DNA of 64,000 bases from Octopus sinensis (lineage: Eukaryota), in assembly GCF_006345805.1 (NCBI RefSeq), contig NC_043010.1:14012001-14076000 (forward strand), read 5' to 3'. A program made the position numbers and the translations under genes. The notes beneath the pieces are model-generated. The model made no database searches. It was not told the origin of the DNA and worked only from the letters and a program-made list of their open reading frames with translations. Each line of letters begins with the position of its first letter. The first letter of the stretch is position 1. This document shows, in pieces, positions 1-12,174 of this stretch.

Positions 1-120
1 ATTGTTTGTCCTGTACTCTGTTTTTTCGTTGTTAAAAAAAAGTCCGTTTCCTTGTTTGATTTTATGTTTTTGTTTCTCGTTGCGTTCTACGTTTATTTGT
101 GGTGTCCTGTACTCATATAT

Positions 121-450
121 ATCATCATCATCATCATCATCATCATCATCGTTTAACGTCCGTTTTCCGCGCTAGCACGGGTTGGACGGTTCGACCGGGG
201 TCTGGGAAGCCAGAAGGCTGCACCAGGCCCAGGTTGATCTGGCAGTGTTTCTACAGCTGGACGCCCTTCCTATCGCCAACCACTCCGCGAGTGTAGTGGG
301 TGCTTTTTACATGCCACCTGCACAGGTGCCAGGGAGTGTCTGGCATCGGCCACGATTGGTTTGTGCTTTTAACGTGCCAGCGGCACGGAAGCCAGCCAAG
401 GCGGCGCTGGCATCGGCCACATTCGGATGGTGCTTTTTATGTGCCACCGA
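121..450 (-). mobile_element. RTE-LINE 3' UTR/tail repeat (solo 3' end)
   Basis: Reverse complement ends ...GGCGATAGGAAGGGCGTCCAGCTGTAGAAAC...GGACGTTAAAC(GAT)n, the same terminus as the RTE ORF-bearing copy at 15140-16350. Confidence 0.8.
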
Positions 451-561
451 CACATGCTTGTATATATACATATAGATGTAAGTATGTACATATATGTATG
501 TATATATGCATATATTTTATTTATTTATTATATTGTTATTTTATATATATATAATATATAT

Positions 562-614
<53 letters not shown>

Positions 615-615
<1 letters not shown>

Positions 616-1245
616 AACCATCTTTTTTTCCTTCCCCAAGCGTCTGCTAATACTTTACATGTACCACATCCTTGCGCTGTTGTTTTTTTTGTGTTTGTTG
701 TTCTTCCTTTTGGGGATTTACTATATACCACACGCTCACACAAACCCAGGCCTTCTGAATTCTGACTGACTTTGGAGTACCTAATTCGCAGAATTCTTTC
801 TCCCATTGGATTACATTACCTCGTTCATTCGGGGAATACGCCATTTCTGCACCTAGATTACGAATCATTATAATTTGTCTGTGACTCTTCCTCTTTAACT
901 CATCTTCCCTCAACCTGTCTTCTGTTCTACTTCCACTCTCCTTCTCTTTTCTCTTTCTCTTTTCCTTTTTGTCGCCACCAAAAACACCTACACCGACATT
1001 CACACCCTCTCACCATTCCTTCAACATGTAACCACATGTGAATCATTGGCGATTTTCTTCCTCCATCTTCCTTTCTATTGGACTTCCCTCTGTTCCTGAA
1101 GAAGAGCATATGCTTGAAACATTAAGCCATCTTTCTTTCCTTCCCTGAGCGTCTGCTAATACGCTAATACTTTACGTGTACCACAGCCTCACATTATTGT
1201 TTTTTTTGTGTTTGTTCTTCTTTTTGGGGGTTTACTATACACATA
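615..1245 (+). mobile_element. Non-autonomous Penelope-like/retrozyme-like element with ~115-bp direct terminal repeats
   Basis: 615-728 is repeated at 1126-1240; a hammerhead-like core lies immediately 5' of the second repeat; left flank is (TA)n; no ORF. Confidence 0.65.
1092..1126 (+). ncRNA. Minimal hammerhead ribozyme motif, CpG-decayed
   Basis: CTGAAGA-A-GAGC-ATAT-GCTT-GAAAC-ATT; restoring two CpG transitions gives GCTC-GAAAC-GTT. Confidence 0.55.
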
Positions 1246-1572
1246 CATGCATACAAACATACATACATATACATATATTTTTTTAAATAATAAATTGGGA
1301 AAACAAATTTCCAAATCAATCAGGTACAACCCTTCAGCATTATATGCATCTACATATCGTACCTTGGGGTCTTATTTATCATATATTTATATATTTATCT
1401 ATAAATATACAAAGTATCTGTTAAAATTCAATATTGATTCAATTTTGGGGGATTAATCGATATGCGGGTATTCTATTTCAGATAATACAAAAATAACCTA
1501 ATAAGTATATATGAGAGTAAACTCATGGTATCAGTTTGCACATCATATATATATATATACATATATATATAT

Positions 1573-2646
1573 ACTAGCAGAGATACCTGGTGTTGCTCAG
1601 GATTAAAATGGCATAGTTTTTTTATTGTTTTACTTGCTTCAGTCATATGACTGTAGCCTTGCTAGAGCACCTCCTTTAGTTGGAGAAATTGACAACAGAA
1701 TATATTCTTTGTAAGCATAGTACTTATTCCATCGGTGTGGCGGTAGCCGCAGCAGTTGCAGTGGCAGTAGCAATGACGACAACAATGACACAATGTATCT
1801 TTCAAATATGCGGAAGTTACGGACCGGAATTATCACAGGAAATATTCTTAAGAAACAGCAGTTACGATATCACACACACACACACACATGCACACACACA
1901 TACGCGTGCGCACACACACACAAACATGCACACACACACATGCACACACACATACACACACACACATACACACACACCCACATGCACACACACATACACA
2001 CACACACATACATCATCATCATTGTTCGACCGTGGTCGAGTCAATGGAATTTACCATTCATGGTCCATCATGGCATTACGGAGGTCCTGTTGCTGGATGC
2101 CTGTATCCCTAGAGATTACATCAGGGTAGGAGAGTGTGCGCCCTCTGGACCCATGCACACACACACACACACACACACGCACGGAGACACGCACACACAC
2201 ACACACATACGCACACACACAAACATACACACATGCACACAAGGTGTATCCAGTGGAAGTTATGGACATATAAGAGGTGCAGCAGTATCAGTGGGAGGTT
2301 AAGAGAGAAAGTAGTCTTTGTGGGTGGCAAATGTGGAGGCCCAATAAACACTAGAAATGTACAAAGAATACAATAGCAGCGTGGAAGGTGTTTATAAGCC
2401 ATTTAAGAAACACGCAAAATCCGTTAGATCACTTACTCTTTTACTCTTTTACTTGTTTCAGTCATTTGACTGCGGCCATGCTGGAGCACTGCCTTCAATC
2501 GAGCAACTCGATCCCCGGGACTTATTCTTTTGTAAGCCCAGTACTTATTCTATCGGTGTCTTTTGCCGAACTGCTAAGTGACGGGGACATAAACACACCG
2601 GCATCGGTTGTCAAGCAATGCTAGGGGGACAAACACAGACACACAA

Positions 2647-2717
<71 letters not shown>

Positions 2718-3270
2718 TAGCAGAGATACCTGGTGTTGCTCAGGATTAAAATGGCATAGTTTTTTTATTGTTTTACTTGCTTCAGTCATATGACTGTAGC
2801 CTTGCTAGAGCACCTCCTTTAGTTGGAGAAATTGACAACAGAATATATTCTTTTGTAAGCATAGTACTTATTCCATCGGTGTGGCGGTAGCCGCAGCAGT
2901 TGCAGTGGCAGTAGCAATGACGACAACAATGACACAATGTATCTTTCAAATATGCGGAAGTTACGGACCGGAATTATCACAGGAAATATTCTTAAGAAAC
3001 AGCAGTTACGATATCACACACACACACACACATGCACACACACATATGCGTGCGCACACACACACAAACATGCACACACACACATGCACACACACATACA
3101 CACACACACATACACACACACACATACATCATCATCATTGTTCGACCGTGGTCGAGTCAATGGAATTTACCATTCATGGTCCATCATGGCATTACGGAGG
3201 TCCTGTTGCTGGATGCCTGTATCCCTAGAGATTACATCAGGGTAGGAGAGTGTGCGCCCTCTGGACCCAT

Positions 3271-3306
<36 letters not shown>

Positions 3307-3771
3307 GGAGACACGCACACACACACACACATACGCACACACACAAACATACACACATGCACACAAGGTGTATCCAGTGGAAGTTATGGACATATAAGAG
3401 GTGCAGCAGTATCAGTGGGAGGTTAAGAGAGAAAGTAGTCTTTGTGGGTGGCAAATGTGGAGGCCCAATAAACACTAGAAATGTACAAAGAATACAATAG
3501 CAGCGTGGAAGGTGTTTATAAGCCATTTAAGAAACACGCAAAATCCGTTAGATTCACTTACTCTTTTACTCTTTTACTTGTTTCAGTCATTTGACTGCGG
3601 CCATGCTGGAGCACTGCCTTCAATCGAGCAACTCGATCCCCGGGACTTATTCTTTTGTAAGCCCAGTACTTATTCTATCGGTGTCTTTTGCCGAACTGCT
3701 AAGTGACGGGGACATAAACACACCGGCATCGGTTGTCAAGCAATGCTAGGGGGACAAACACAGACACACAA

Positions 3772-3835
<64 letters not shown>
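1573..3835. repeat. Tandem duplication, period 1143 bp
   Basis: CTAGCAGAGATACC at 1574 and 2717; copies near-identical apart from microsatellite length and a few indels/SNPs; junctions in (TA)n. Confidence 0.9.
2002..2152 (-). mobile_element. RTE-type LINE 3' end (second copy 3128-3268)
   Basis: Minus strand GSRGRTLSYPDVISRDTGIQQQDLRNAMMDHEW followed by a (GAT)n tail. Confidence 0.65.
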
Positions 3836-3838
<3 letters not shown>

Positions 3839-4278
3839 TACGACGGGCTTCTTTCAGTTTCCGTCTACTAAATCCACTCACAAGGCTTTGGTCGGCCTGA
3901 GGCTATAGTAGAAAACACTTGCCCAAGGTGCCACACAGTGGGACTGAACCCGGAACCATGTGGTTGGTAAAGAAGCTACTTACCACACAGCCACTACTGC
4001 GCCTTCAGCATCTAAATTTAATTTGTTGAAATATTTTCGTTGTTTTGAGACCATGACCTGTTCACTGACAAAGTGCAGCACGGATTTTTGTCAGAGAACA
4101 GGTCTCGGTCTCAAAGCGACGAAAATATTTTGATAAAATAAATCTAAACGTTGAAGTGTATTTATAACAGATTTTGTGTGTTTCTTAAATGGCTTATAAA
4201 CACCTTCCACGTTGTAATTGTTTTTGTTCCAGCACACGATCTCAGATCAGGTCACTTGCTATGCAAGTACATCTCCGC
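3495..4278. mobile_element. Palindromic (foldback) non-autonomous element
   Basis: After removing the nested SINE (3560-4003) the two arms are reverse complements around a 14-nt centre near 4075; flanked by 15-bp direct repeat AATGTACAAAGAATA. Confidence 0.7.
3560..4003 (-). mobile_element. tRNA-derived SINE family A, full length
   Basis: A box TGGCTGTGTGGT, B box GGGTTCAGTCCC, internal (TA)n(TG)n, tail CAGTCAAATGACTGAAACAAGTAAAAGAG; more than 20 full or partial copies in the window. Confidence 0.9.
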
Positions 4279-4577
4279 AATGTACAAAGAATAGATTTCA
4301 TCAAATGCCCAGGAGGATATCTAGATGTAGTACATAACTTCCGTCACCAAGGTGACCAAGCCAACAGTAAAGGAGGATGCTCTGAGAGTGTAGCTGCTAG
4401 AATAAGAATGGGCTGGGTGACGTTCAGAGAGCTGCTACCTTTGTTGGTAAGAAAGGGCCTCTCCCTCAGAGTGAAAGGTAGATTGTATGATGCCCATGTG
4501 TGAACAGCTATGTTATATATATGAAAATGAAATATAGGCTGTGATTACAAAGGACATGCAAAGGCTTGAAAAAATGT

Positions 4578-4692
4578 GCGTGGAGCTTAGGTGTTTCGCT
4601 CATAAATACACACACCGCCCAGTCTGAGATTCGAACCTGCAATCCTTCGACCGCGAGTCCACTGCTCTAACCACAAGGCCATGTGCCTCCAC
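4578..4692 (-). mobile_element. SINE family D, 5' half
   Basis: tRNA-like head matching the copies at 27765 and 35650. Confidence 0.75.
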
Positions 4693-4699
4693 ATAACCT

Positions 4700-5055
4700 C
4701 ATGGTCATTGAGGTTCACAAGCAGCCACACTACAACAAAGACTGGAACTTAAGAAGAATGTACATGAGGAAACGCTGAACCGATAATTTCAGAAGAAGTT
4801 CAGATGAGAAGAAGAATTTTCCAAGGTGATAGTTTTAGAGGAAGAATATAAGATCAGGAAAGAGAGAAAACAGCATGCATGCTGGATTGGAAAATTGATG
4901 TATGGACAATTCGTGAGCGATATCAGTTGTGGTGTGGATAAGCAAGGAACACGGAAATAGATGAAAAAATTAAACCTGAAAGCTGGAAATGAAGGGTTTA
5001 TCTATGCAACACAATAACAAGCACTTAGAATAAACAATATGAAATATCACATTGG
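4700..5055 (+). mobile_element. Decayed R4/Dong-like (REL-type) LINE fragment
   Basis: WIGKLMYGQFVSDI...NLKAGNEGFIYATQ*QALRINNMKYHI resembles the LHGQF...ETEG.I.AAQEQAL motif of R4/Dong ORFs. Confidence 0.55.
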
Positions 5056-5204
5056 GCGAAAAGCTTAAAAAGGGATGCTGGTGAAGTGTTGGAGGTCGAT
5101 TAAAGAGGACACCAGTCAAGTGTTGTGGTTGACACTATCAACTAATCCTCTCCCCTCGAAATTGCAATAGTGTACCATCCTGGTTAATAAACAAACAATT
5201 ATTA

Positions 5205-5611
5205 TTATCATCATTATTATTATTATCATTATTATTATTATTGTTGTTGTTGTTGTTGTTATATTTTTATTATATATACACACATATATATATATGTGTG
5301 TGTGTATATATATATGTATATATACACATATATATACATACATATATATATATATATATACATATATATATAAAATCATCACTTCCAATTTTCCTTTTAA
5401 AGGGGATTTTATACCCATGCTAGAATGGAAAGTAGACGTTAAATGATGATGATGATGATATATATATATGCATACATACATATATATATATATATATATA
5501 ATATATATATATATATACACATACATACATATATATATATATATATACATACATATATATATATATACATACATACATATATATATATACATACATATAT
5601 ATATATATGTG

Positions 5612-5697
<86 letters not shown>

Positions 5698-5724
5698 CGT
5701 GTGTGTGTATATATATATATATAT
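5205..5724. repeat. Compound (ATT)n/(TA)n/(TACA)n/(TG)n microsatellite block
   Basis: Direct reading. Confidence 0.95.
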
Positions 5725-6387
5725 AATCCCCTTTAAGAGGAAAATTGTAAGTGATAATTATACAGAGAAAACCAAAAACAACTGATAAGTGCTGTTTGAC
5801 CAATCAAAAAGTTTGATTCTCATCTTTGTTCATTTTCTTTTTCTATTTCAAGTGGACAGGGTTCCACACAAGTGTTTTCCGGGAAAAAGTGTAATCATCC
5901 ACTCACCGATAGTTTCAAATCTTTGTCAACAATCAAGTGAAAGATATATTCTCTTTATTCTTTTACTTGTTTCAGTCATTTGACTGCGGCCATGCTGGAG
6001 CACCACTTTTAGTCGAACCAATCGCCCCCCCGCCCACCGGACTTACTTTCCGTAAGCCTTGTACTTACTCTATCAGTCTCTTTTGCCAAATCGCTCACTT
6101 ACGGAGATGCAAACACACCAAATCAGTTGTCAAGCAATGATGGGAGGACAAACACAGACACACAAATACAAATATATATCATCAGCATCATCATCATCGT
6201 TTAGCGTCCACTTTCCATGCTAGCATGGGTTGGACGATTTTGAGTGAGGGCTAGCGAGCCAGATGGCTGCACCAGGCTCCAATCTTGATCTGGCAGAGTT
6301 TCTACAGCTGGATGCCCTTCCTATCGCCAACCACTCCGAGAGTGTAGTGGGTGCTTTTTACGTGCCACCAGCACGGACGTGCTACCG

Positions 6388-6456
<69 letters not shown>

Positions 6457-7136
6457 GTGTGTATATATATATATATATAATCCCCTTTAAGAGGAAAATT
6501 GTAAGTGATAATTATACAGAGAAAACCAAAAACAACTGATAAGTGCTGTTTGACCAATCAAAAAGTTTGATTCTCATCTTTGTTCATTTTCTTTTTCTAT
6601 TTCAAGTGGACAGGGTTCCACACAAGTGTTTTCCGGGGAAAAAGTGTAATCATCCACTCACCGATAGTTTCAAATCTTTGTCAACAATCAAGTGAAAGAT
6701 ATATTCTCTTTATTCTTTTACTTGTTTCAGTCATTTGACTGCGGCCATGCTGGAGCACCACTTTTAGTCGAACCAATCGCCCCCCCCCCACCGGACTTAC
6801 TTTCCGTAAGCCTTGTACTTACTCTATCAGTCTCTTTTGCCAAATCGCTCACTTACGGAGATGCAAACACACCAAATCAGTTGTCAAGCAATGATGGGAG
6901 GACAAACACAGACACACAAATACAAATATATATCATCAGCATCATCATCATCGTTTAGCGTCCACTTTCCATGCTAGCATGGGTTGGACGATTTTGAGTG
7001 AGGGCTAGCGAGCCAGATGCTGCACCAGGCTCCAATCTTGATCTGGCAGAGTTTCTACAGCTGGATGCCCTTCCTATCGCCAACCACTCCGAGAGTGTAG
7101 TGGGTGCTTTTTACGTGCCACCAGCACGGACGTGCT

Positions 7137-7170
<34 letters not shown>
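5660..7170. repeat. Tandem duplication, period 754 bp
   Basis: AATCCCCTTTAAG at 5725 and 6479; unit = unique DNA + SINE A 3' half + RTE tail; junctions in (TA)n. Confidence 0.9.
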
Positions 7171-7175
<5 letters not shown>

Positions 7176-7399
7176 TTTACATGCACACACGATACATTGC
7201 CCAAGTTGCCATGCAGTGGGACTGAACCCGGAACCATGTGGTAGAGAAGCAAGCTTCTTACCACACAGCCACTCCTGCGCCTTTGAAGAACTAAAAATAG
7301 TTATTTGTTTATTGGGATACTTTAGTTGTTTTTTTTTTAGTTTTCTTTTATTTTTGTTTTTCTCTGTTTTCCGCATCCTAAGGGTTTTTTTGAAGAAAT

Positions 7400-8060
7400 T
7401 AGTTATAATAATAATAATGAAATTATTGTATACAGTGCTCAGGTGCACCACATCTTGTCAGAAAGTGTGTATAAAGTATATACAGTAATGTACAAATGTC
7501 TGGAAAGTGAACAATGTATGAGTCAGATACATGCTTGTGTGTGTATGGAGGGGAGAAAATCAGGTGTAGTGTTGGCGAATCTCAGAAAGCATGGAAGTTT
7601 TGAAGGATGCAGTGCTCCGACAACTAACAACTGATGCCGGCAGTTTGTTCCATGCTTCAGCAACTCTCAGCATGAAAAAATGTTTCCTAAAGTCATGGGA
7701 GCTGTGCTGTTTTCTGACTTTGTAAACATGTCCACGGGTGTTAGACAGGTGGAGTTTGAATAGGTGCTCAGAGTTATTGTTTGTAAGATGGTTGATAATT
7801 TTGTGGGTGTCTGCCAAGTCAGCTGCCAGACGTCGGAGTTTCAATGTGTCCATGCCCAGGGAAGTAAGGCGTTCAGAATATGGCAAATGCCTGATGGAGG
7901 GTATTCTTTTGGTTGCACGTCGCTGAACAACTTCCAGACGATTGATATCCTGGGCAAGATAGGGGTTCCAGACTGGTGATGCAAATTCCAGGTGAGGTTT
8001 TACCATAGCTATATAAAGCCGGACTTCAGTTGTTATCTTTATCCAGGGCTTCATCACTCC
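7400..8060 (-). mobile_element. CR1-clade LINE 3' fragment (RT C-terminus, 3' UTR, (ATT)n tail)
   Basis: ORF 7560-8093: LEFASPVWNPYLAQDINRLEVVQRRATKRIP...NTRGHVYK...FFMLRVAEAWNKLP. Confidence 0.9.
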
Positions 8061-8104
8061 ATAAGAAGGAACCCCTCCCTGGAATCCTTCCACTATTGTC
8101 TGTC

Positions 8105-8880
8105 TCTCTGGAAGTCATGGCCATGTAGGCCCCAGGTTGCAGGTGAGATCATCTTGCCATCTTTTCTTTGGTCAGCCTCTTGATCGTGTCCATTGTTTTG
8201 GTGTCCATTCCGTCACCCTGATTGTCCATTTGTTGTTCTTCTCTTACATGATGTGGCCAGCCCATCTATATTTATTCTCCCAAATGGTTATTATGATGTC
8301 AATGACTTTCATGTGCCATGAACTGAGCCGTGATGTCCTTCTTCCAACTCCACTTCCCAACTGGCGAAAACGCGCAGGCGGGCAGCTGAAGACCTGGGTT
8401 ACCTCGATCAAGGAGGACCTCTCCGTGCTCACGGGACCGCAAGTGGTCGGCCTGCGCCGATGGAACCGTGACTGGCTTGCTATCTCCAGTGAACTGGCGC
8501 AGGACCGTCGTGCGTGGGCTGCCATGGTTCGATATGCCTCGAGGGTGGTAGAAGAAGCCGACTCAACCCGCCCGGGGTGAATGTCGTCACAAGTAAGTAC
8601 AAGTAAGTATATGCTGTCAAATCCAAGCATTGGTTTCCATGTCCTGCAATGTGATGCTAAGTGTAATTCATTCAATTTCTTGTTCGTGAAGATAGTGTTA
8701 AAAGCCCATGCTTCACTACCATAAATTGCCAATGGCAGGATGTATTTCAATTCTAGACACTTATATTTAATACATGTTTTGTGCCCTCCTGTACTTGTTA
8801 CAGCATGTTTAAGGATTACTGTTCTTCCAATCTTAATGAAGACATTTCTAGCATTTTCCACATCCTGCAGTGGTTGAAAA
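8105..8880 (-). mobile_element. Old RTE LINE fragment, split by a second RTE insertion
   Basis: YILPLAIYGSEAW...KPMLG and NKYRWAGHIM...WTPKQWTRSRG motifs on either side of 8320-8611. Confidence 0.7.
8320..8611 (+). mobile_element. RTE LINE 3' end
   Basis: WRKRAGGQLKTWVTSIKEDL...QDRRAWAAMV...DSTRPG* then CAAGTAAGTACAAGTAAGTA tail. Confidence 0.85.
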
Positions 8881-8998
8881 ATTGATTCTTGTATTCAAAC
8901 CATTTTAACCAAACTGTTAACTATTGGATTGGTAGTCTTAGTATTAGCATTAATAATGATGTTAGTGTTCATTCTGATGGCAGTTGCTTTGGTGGTGT

Positions 8999-9042
<44 letters not shown>

Positions 9043-9084
9043 AAAGCTATGCTGGTTGTATTAGTAGATGTTTTGTTGCTGCTG

Positions 9085-9378
9085 TTATCGTGGCCGATGC
9101 CAGCGCCGCCTCGACTGGCTTCCGTGTCGGTGGCACGTAAAAAGCACCAATCCGACCGTGGCCGATGCCAGCCTCGCCTGGCACCTGTGCAGGTGGCATG
9201 TAAAAAGCACCCACTACACTCACGGAGTGGTTGGCGTTAGGAAGGGCATCCAGCTGTAGAAACATTGCCAGATAAGACCGGAGCCTGGTGCAGCCTTCTG
9301 GCTTCCCAGATCCCCGGTCGAACCGTCCAACCCATGCTAGCATGGAGAACGGACGTTAAACGATGATGATGATGATGT
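9085..9378 (+). mobile_element. RTE 3' UTR/tail repeat
   Basis: GGTGGCACGTAAAAAGCACC repeats followed by ...GGACGTTAAAC(GAT)n. Confidence 0.85.
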
Positions 9379-9495
9379 AGTTGTTATTCTGATTGCTGTT
9401 GTTGTGTTTGTTTCTGTTGCTCCCACCATTATTTATTGCTGTACTGGCAGTGGATGGTGGCAATAATAGCCATACTACTGTTTAATATCTGTGGA

Positions 9496-9925
9496 GGCAC
9501 GTGGCTTAGTGGTTAGGGTGTCAGCACCATGATCGTAAGATTGTGGTTTCGATTCCTGGACTGGGCGACGCGTTGTGTTCTTGAGCAAAACACTTCATTT
9601 CACGTTGCTCCAGTCCACTCAGCTGGCAAAAATTAGCAACGCTGCGATGGACTGATGTCCTGTCCAGCTGGGGAACACATACGCCATAGAAACCAGGCGC
9701 ATGAGCCTGGCTAGGCTTTAAAAGGGTGCATTTATTGTGGAGGTGCATGGCTTAGTGGTTAGGGTTTCAGCACCATGATTGTAAGATTGTGGTTTCGATT
9801 CCTGGATCAGGTGATGCATTGTGTTCTTGAGCAAAACACTTCATTTCACGTTGTTCCAGTTCACTCAGCTGGTAAAAATGAGTAACGCTGCGATGGACTG
9901 GTGTCCCGTCCAACTGGGGAACACA
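9496..9925 (+). mobile_element. SINE family C, head-to-tail pair
   Basis: GGCTTAGTGGTTAGGG...GTTTCGATTCCTGG...TTGAGCAAAACACTTCATTTCACGTTGCTCCAG occurs twice (9496 and about 9738). Confidence 0.85.
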
Positions 9926-10335
9926 GGTGAATTATCCAAACCTCTAAGAATTTCTTTCAACACATGGCTATGATGTTCCCCTGCTACTTCTGCTCATGAT
10001 CAGAGATGCACATATCGTCAGCCACTAAGGGACATGCTCAACTGGTTAAGGCCAAACAACTGACAAGCAAATCTGTGGTATTGAGCACAATCTGATAACA
10101 TTAATTCGATTTATTAGTGGGGAGGTAACCCAATCTTTTAATGGCAATTTTTTAATGGGGGTGAGATAACCAAAAAGTACCAAAATATGTACCAGTTGAG
10201 CACTGGAGTAATTGACTCACCTCTCCCCCGAAATTGCTGGCTTTTAGTGAAAGTTTTTAACCAATTTTAACTCTATAAGTTATTTTATTTATCCTGTGGG
10301 TTGAGTGTAAATTAAAGTCGATGCTGGGATGATTT

Positions 10336-10653
10336 GATCTATTGCATTTCAATCTGTTTTAGGTTTAGGGGTGGGGGGAAGGGTATCTTTTTTTCTTCAG
10401 AAATGTAAATAAATCCAATCTGTTTCTTAAACGACGGACATATTCATACGGCACAGAATGTTTTTCACCTCAATAGACGTCATTGATTGGTTGAAATTGC
10501 AGAAAAAAAAACAACAAATATCTTACAAACCATAGAATTTTCTCAATAAAGCCAAGAGAAAAAGATGTTTTATAAACACATTCTACCAGTATACAAAGTG
10601 TTTAGTTACGTGGAAATTATTTTTAAAAACTGCCGTTCAAACCGAAAAGTTCC
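10336..10653 (+). mobile_element. GGATC-TIR MITE, left-truncated copy
   Basis: Body matches 11757-12174; only the right TIR is present. Confidence 0.85.
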
Positions 10654-10659
10654 TGGGAT

Positions 10660-10990
10660 TTTGCGATGTTCATACATTTTCCCTTGCGTATGATTTGAAA
10701 TAAACTGAACTTGTATCCAGCTGGTTGCAATTTTAGCTAATCTCATATAATAGAACAGCTATCAACAGTATAGTAAAAACTTCCATACCAACAGGGTTGT
10801 CTCCCTTGTATCGCTAGCTTTCTTCACCTTGAACCGTTTCCTTACAATTCCATTTTACCTGCTAATTTTCAAACGTTTTCCATAAATATTTCGTTTACGT
10901 TTTTACAACCAGAGTTTTATTTGACCTATTTGATTTAACATGCCATGCCATTGATAACTGGAACTGTCTTATCATCTTCATCCTTCTTTT
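10660..10990 (-). mobile_element. Penelope GIY-YIG endonuclease C-terminal relic
   Basis: KYLWKTFEN*QVKWN...LDTSSVYFKS resembles the LSKY.W.LK....IKW.I...LN..SE region of PLE endonucleases. Confidence 0.45.
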
Positions 10991-11009
10991 TAATTATTAA
11001 AAACAATAT

Positions 11010-11405
11010 AGGCGCAGGAGTGGCTGTGTGGTAAGTAGCTTGCTAACCAACCACATGGTTCCGGGTTCAGTCCAACTGCGTGGAATCTTGGACAAGTGTC
11101 TTCTGCTATAGCCCCGGGCCGACCAATGCCTTGTGAGTGGATTTGGTAGACGGAAACTGAAAGAAGCCTGTCGTATATATGTATATATATATGTATGTGT
11201 GTGTGTTTGTGTGTCTATGTTTGTTCCCCTAGCATTGCTTGACAACCGATGCTGGTATGTTTATGTCCCCCGTTACTTAGCGGTTCGGCAAAAGAGACCG
11301 ATAGAATAAGTACTGGGCTTACAAAGAATAAGTTCCGGGGTCGATTTGCTCGACTTAAGGCGGTGCTCCAGCATGGCCGCAGTCAAATGACTGAAACAAG
11401 TAAAA
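11010..11405 (+). mobile_element. SINE family A, full length
   Basis: Complete head to tail; followed by an older SINE A copy (11425-12275) split by a MITE. Confidence 0.9.
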
Positions 11406-11756
11406 AAAAAAAAATATTCTTGTGTTGGCGAAGTCGTGACTACGTGGTAAGAAGTTTGTTCCCCGACCGCCTGGTTCAGTCCCACTGCGTGACAGCTCCG
11501 GCAAGTGTCGGATCTTTTCTGTTTGGTTGCCAGCGTAAATTTTCTAGATCCGTGTCAGTGTCTTCTACTATAGTCTCGGGCCGACCAAAGCCTTGCTAGT
11601 GAGTGGTACATGGAAATTGAAAGAAACCTGGTATGTGTGTGCGTGTGTCCTCCACCACCGCATGACAACCAGTGTTGGTGTATTTACGTCCCCGTCATTT
11701 AGCGGTTCAGCAAAGGAAGCCGACAGAATAAGTGCCAGGATTAAAATATAAATAAG

Positions 11757-12174
11757 GGATCTTTTCGGTTTGAATGGCAGTTTTTTCTATGAAATTGTCA
11801 CCCATAATTATGACCCTAGTATCGATCTATTGCATATCAGATACCGATACAAATCTATTTTAGGGTTAGGGTTAGGGGTGGGGAGAAGGGTATCTTTTTT
11901 TCTTCACAAATGTAAATAAACTCAATCTGTTTCTTAAACGAGGGACATATTCATACGGCACAGAATGTTTTCACCTCAATAGACGTCATTGATTGGTTGA
12001 AATTGCAGAAATTGAAGAAAAAGAACAACAAATATCTTACAAACTATAGAATTTTCTCAATAAAGCCAAGAGAAAAAGATGTTTTATAAACACATTCTAC
12101 AAGTATACGAAGTTTAAAAGTGTTTAGTTACCTAGAAATTATTTAAAAAACTGCCGGTCAAACCAAAAAGATCC
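11757..12174 (+). mobile_element. MITE with GGATCTTTTCGGTTTGAACGGCAG TIRs (Merlin-like)
   Basis: ~24-bp TIRs; 8-bp TSD TAAATAAG (11749-11756 and 12175-12182). Confidence 0.9.

Larger units (their letters stand above)
3385..4570 (+). mobile_element. RTE LINE ORF fragment interrupted by a foldback element
   Basis: WKLWTYKRCSSISGRLREKVVFVGGKCGGPINTRNVQRI | DFIKCPGGYLDVV...ARIRMGWVTFRELLPLLVRKGLSLRVKGRLYDA; homologous to ORF 15967-16344. Confidence 0.8.

Noticed and set aside
494-3881. Many ORFs rich in YIYI, HTHT or VCVC
   Set aside because: Translations of (TA)n and (CA)n microsatellites, which lack stops in several frames; same for 5116-5803, 19417-19783, 47802-48404 and 56690-57347
8244-8861. 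205-aa minus-strand ORF
   Set aside because: Accidental read-through across an old RTE and the antisense strand of a nested RTE; not a gene
11855-11880. TTAGGG repeats suggesting an interstitial telomere
   Set aside because: Only 2-3 units, and part of the MITE consensus in every copy
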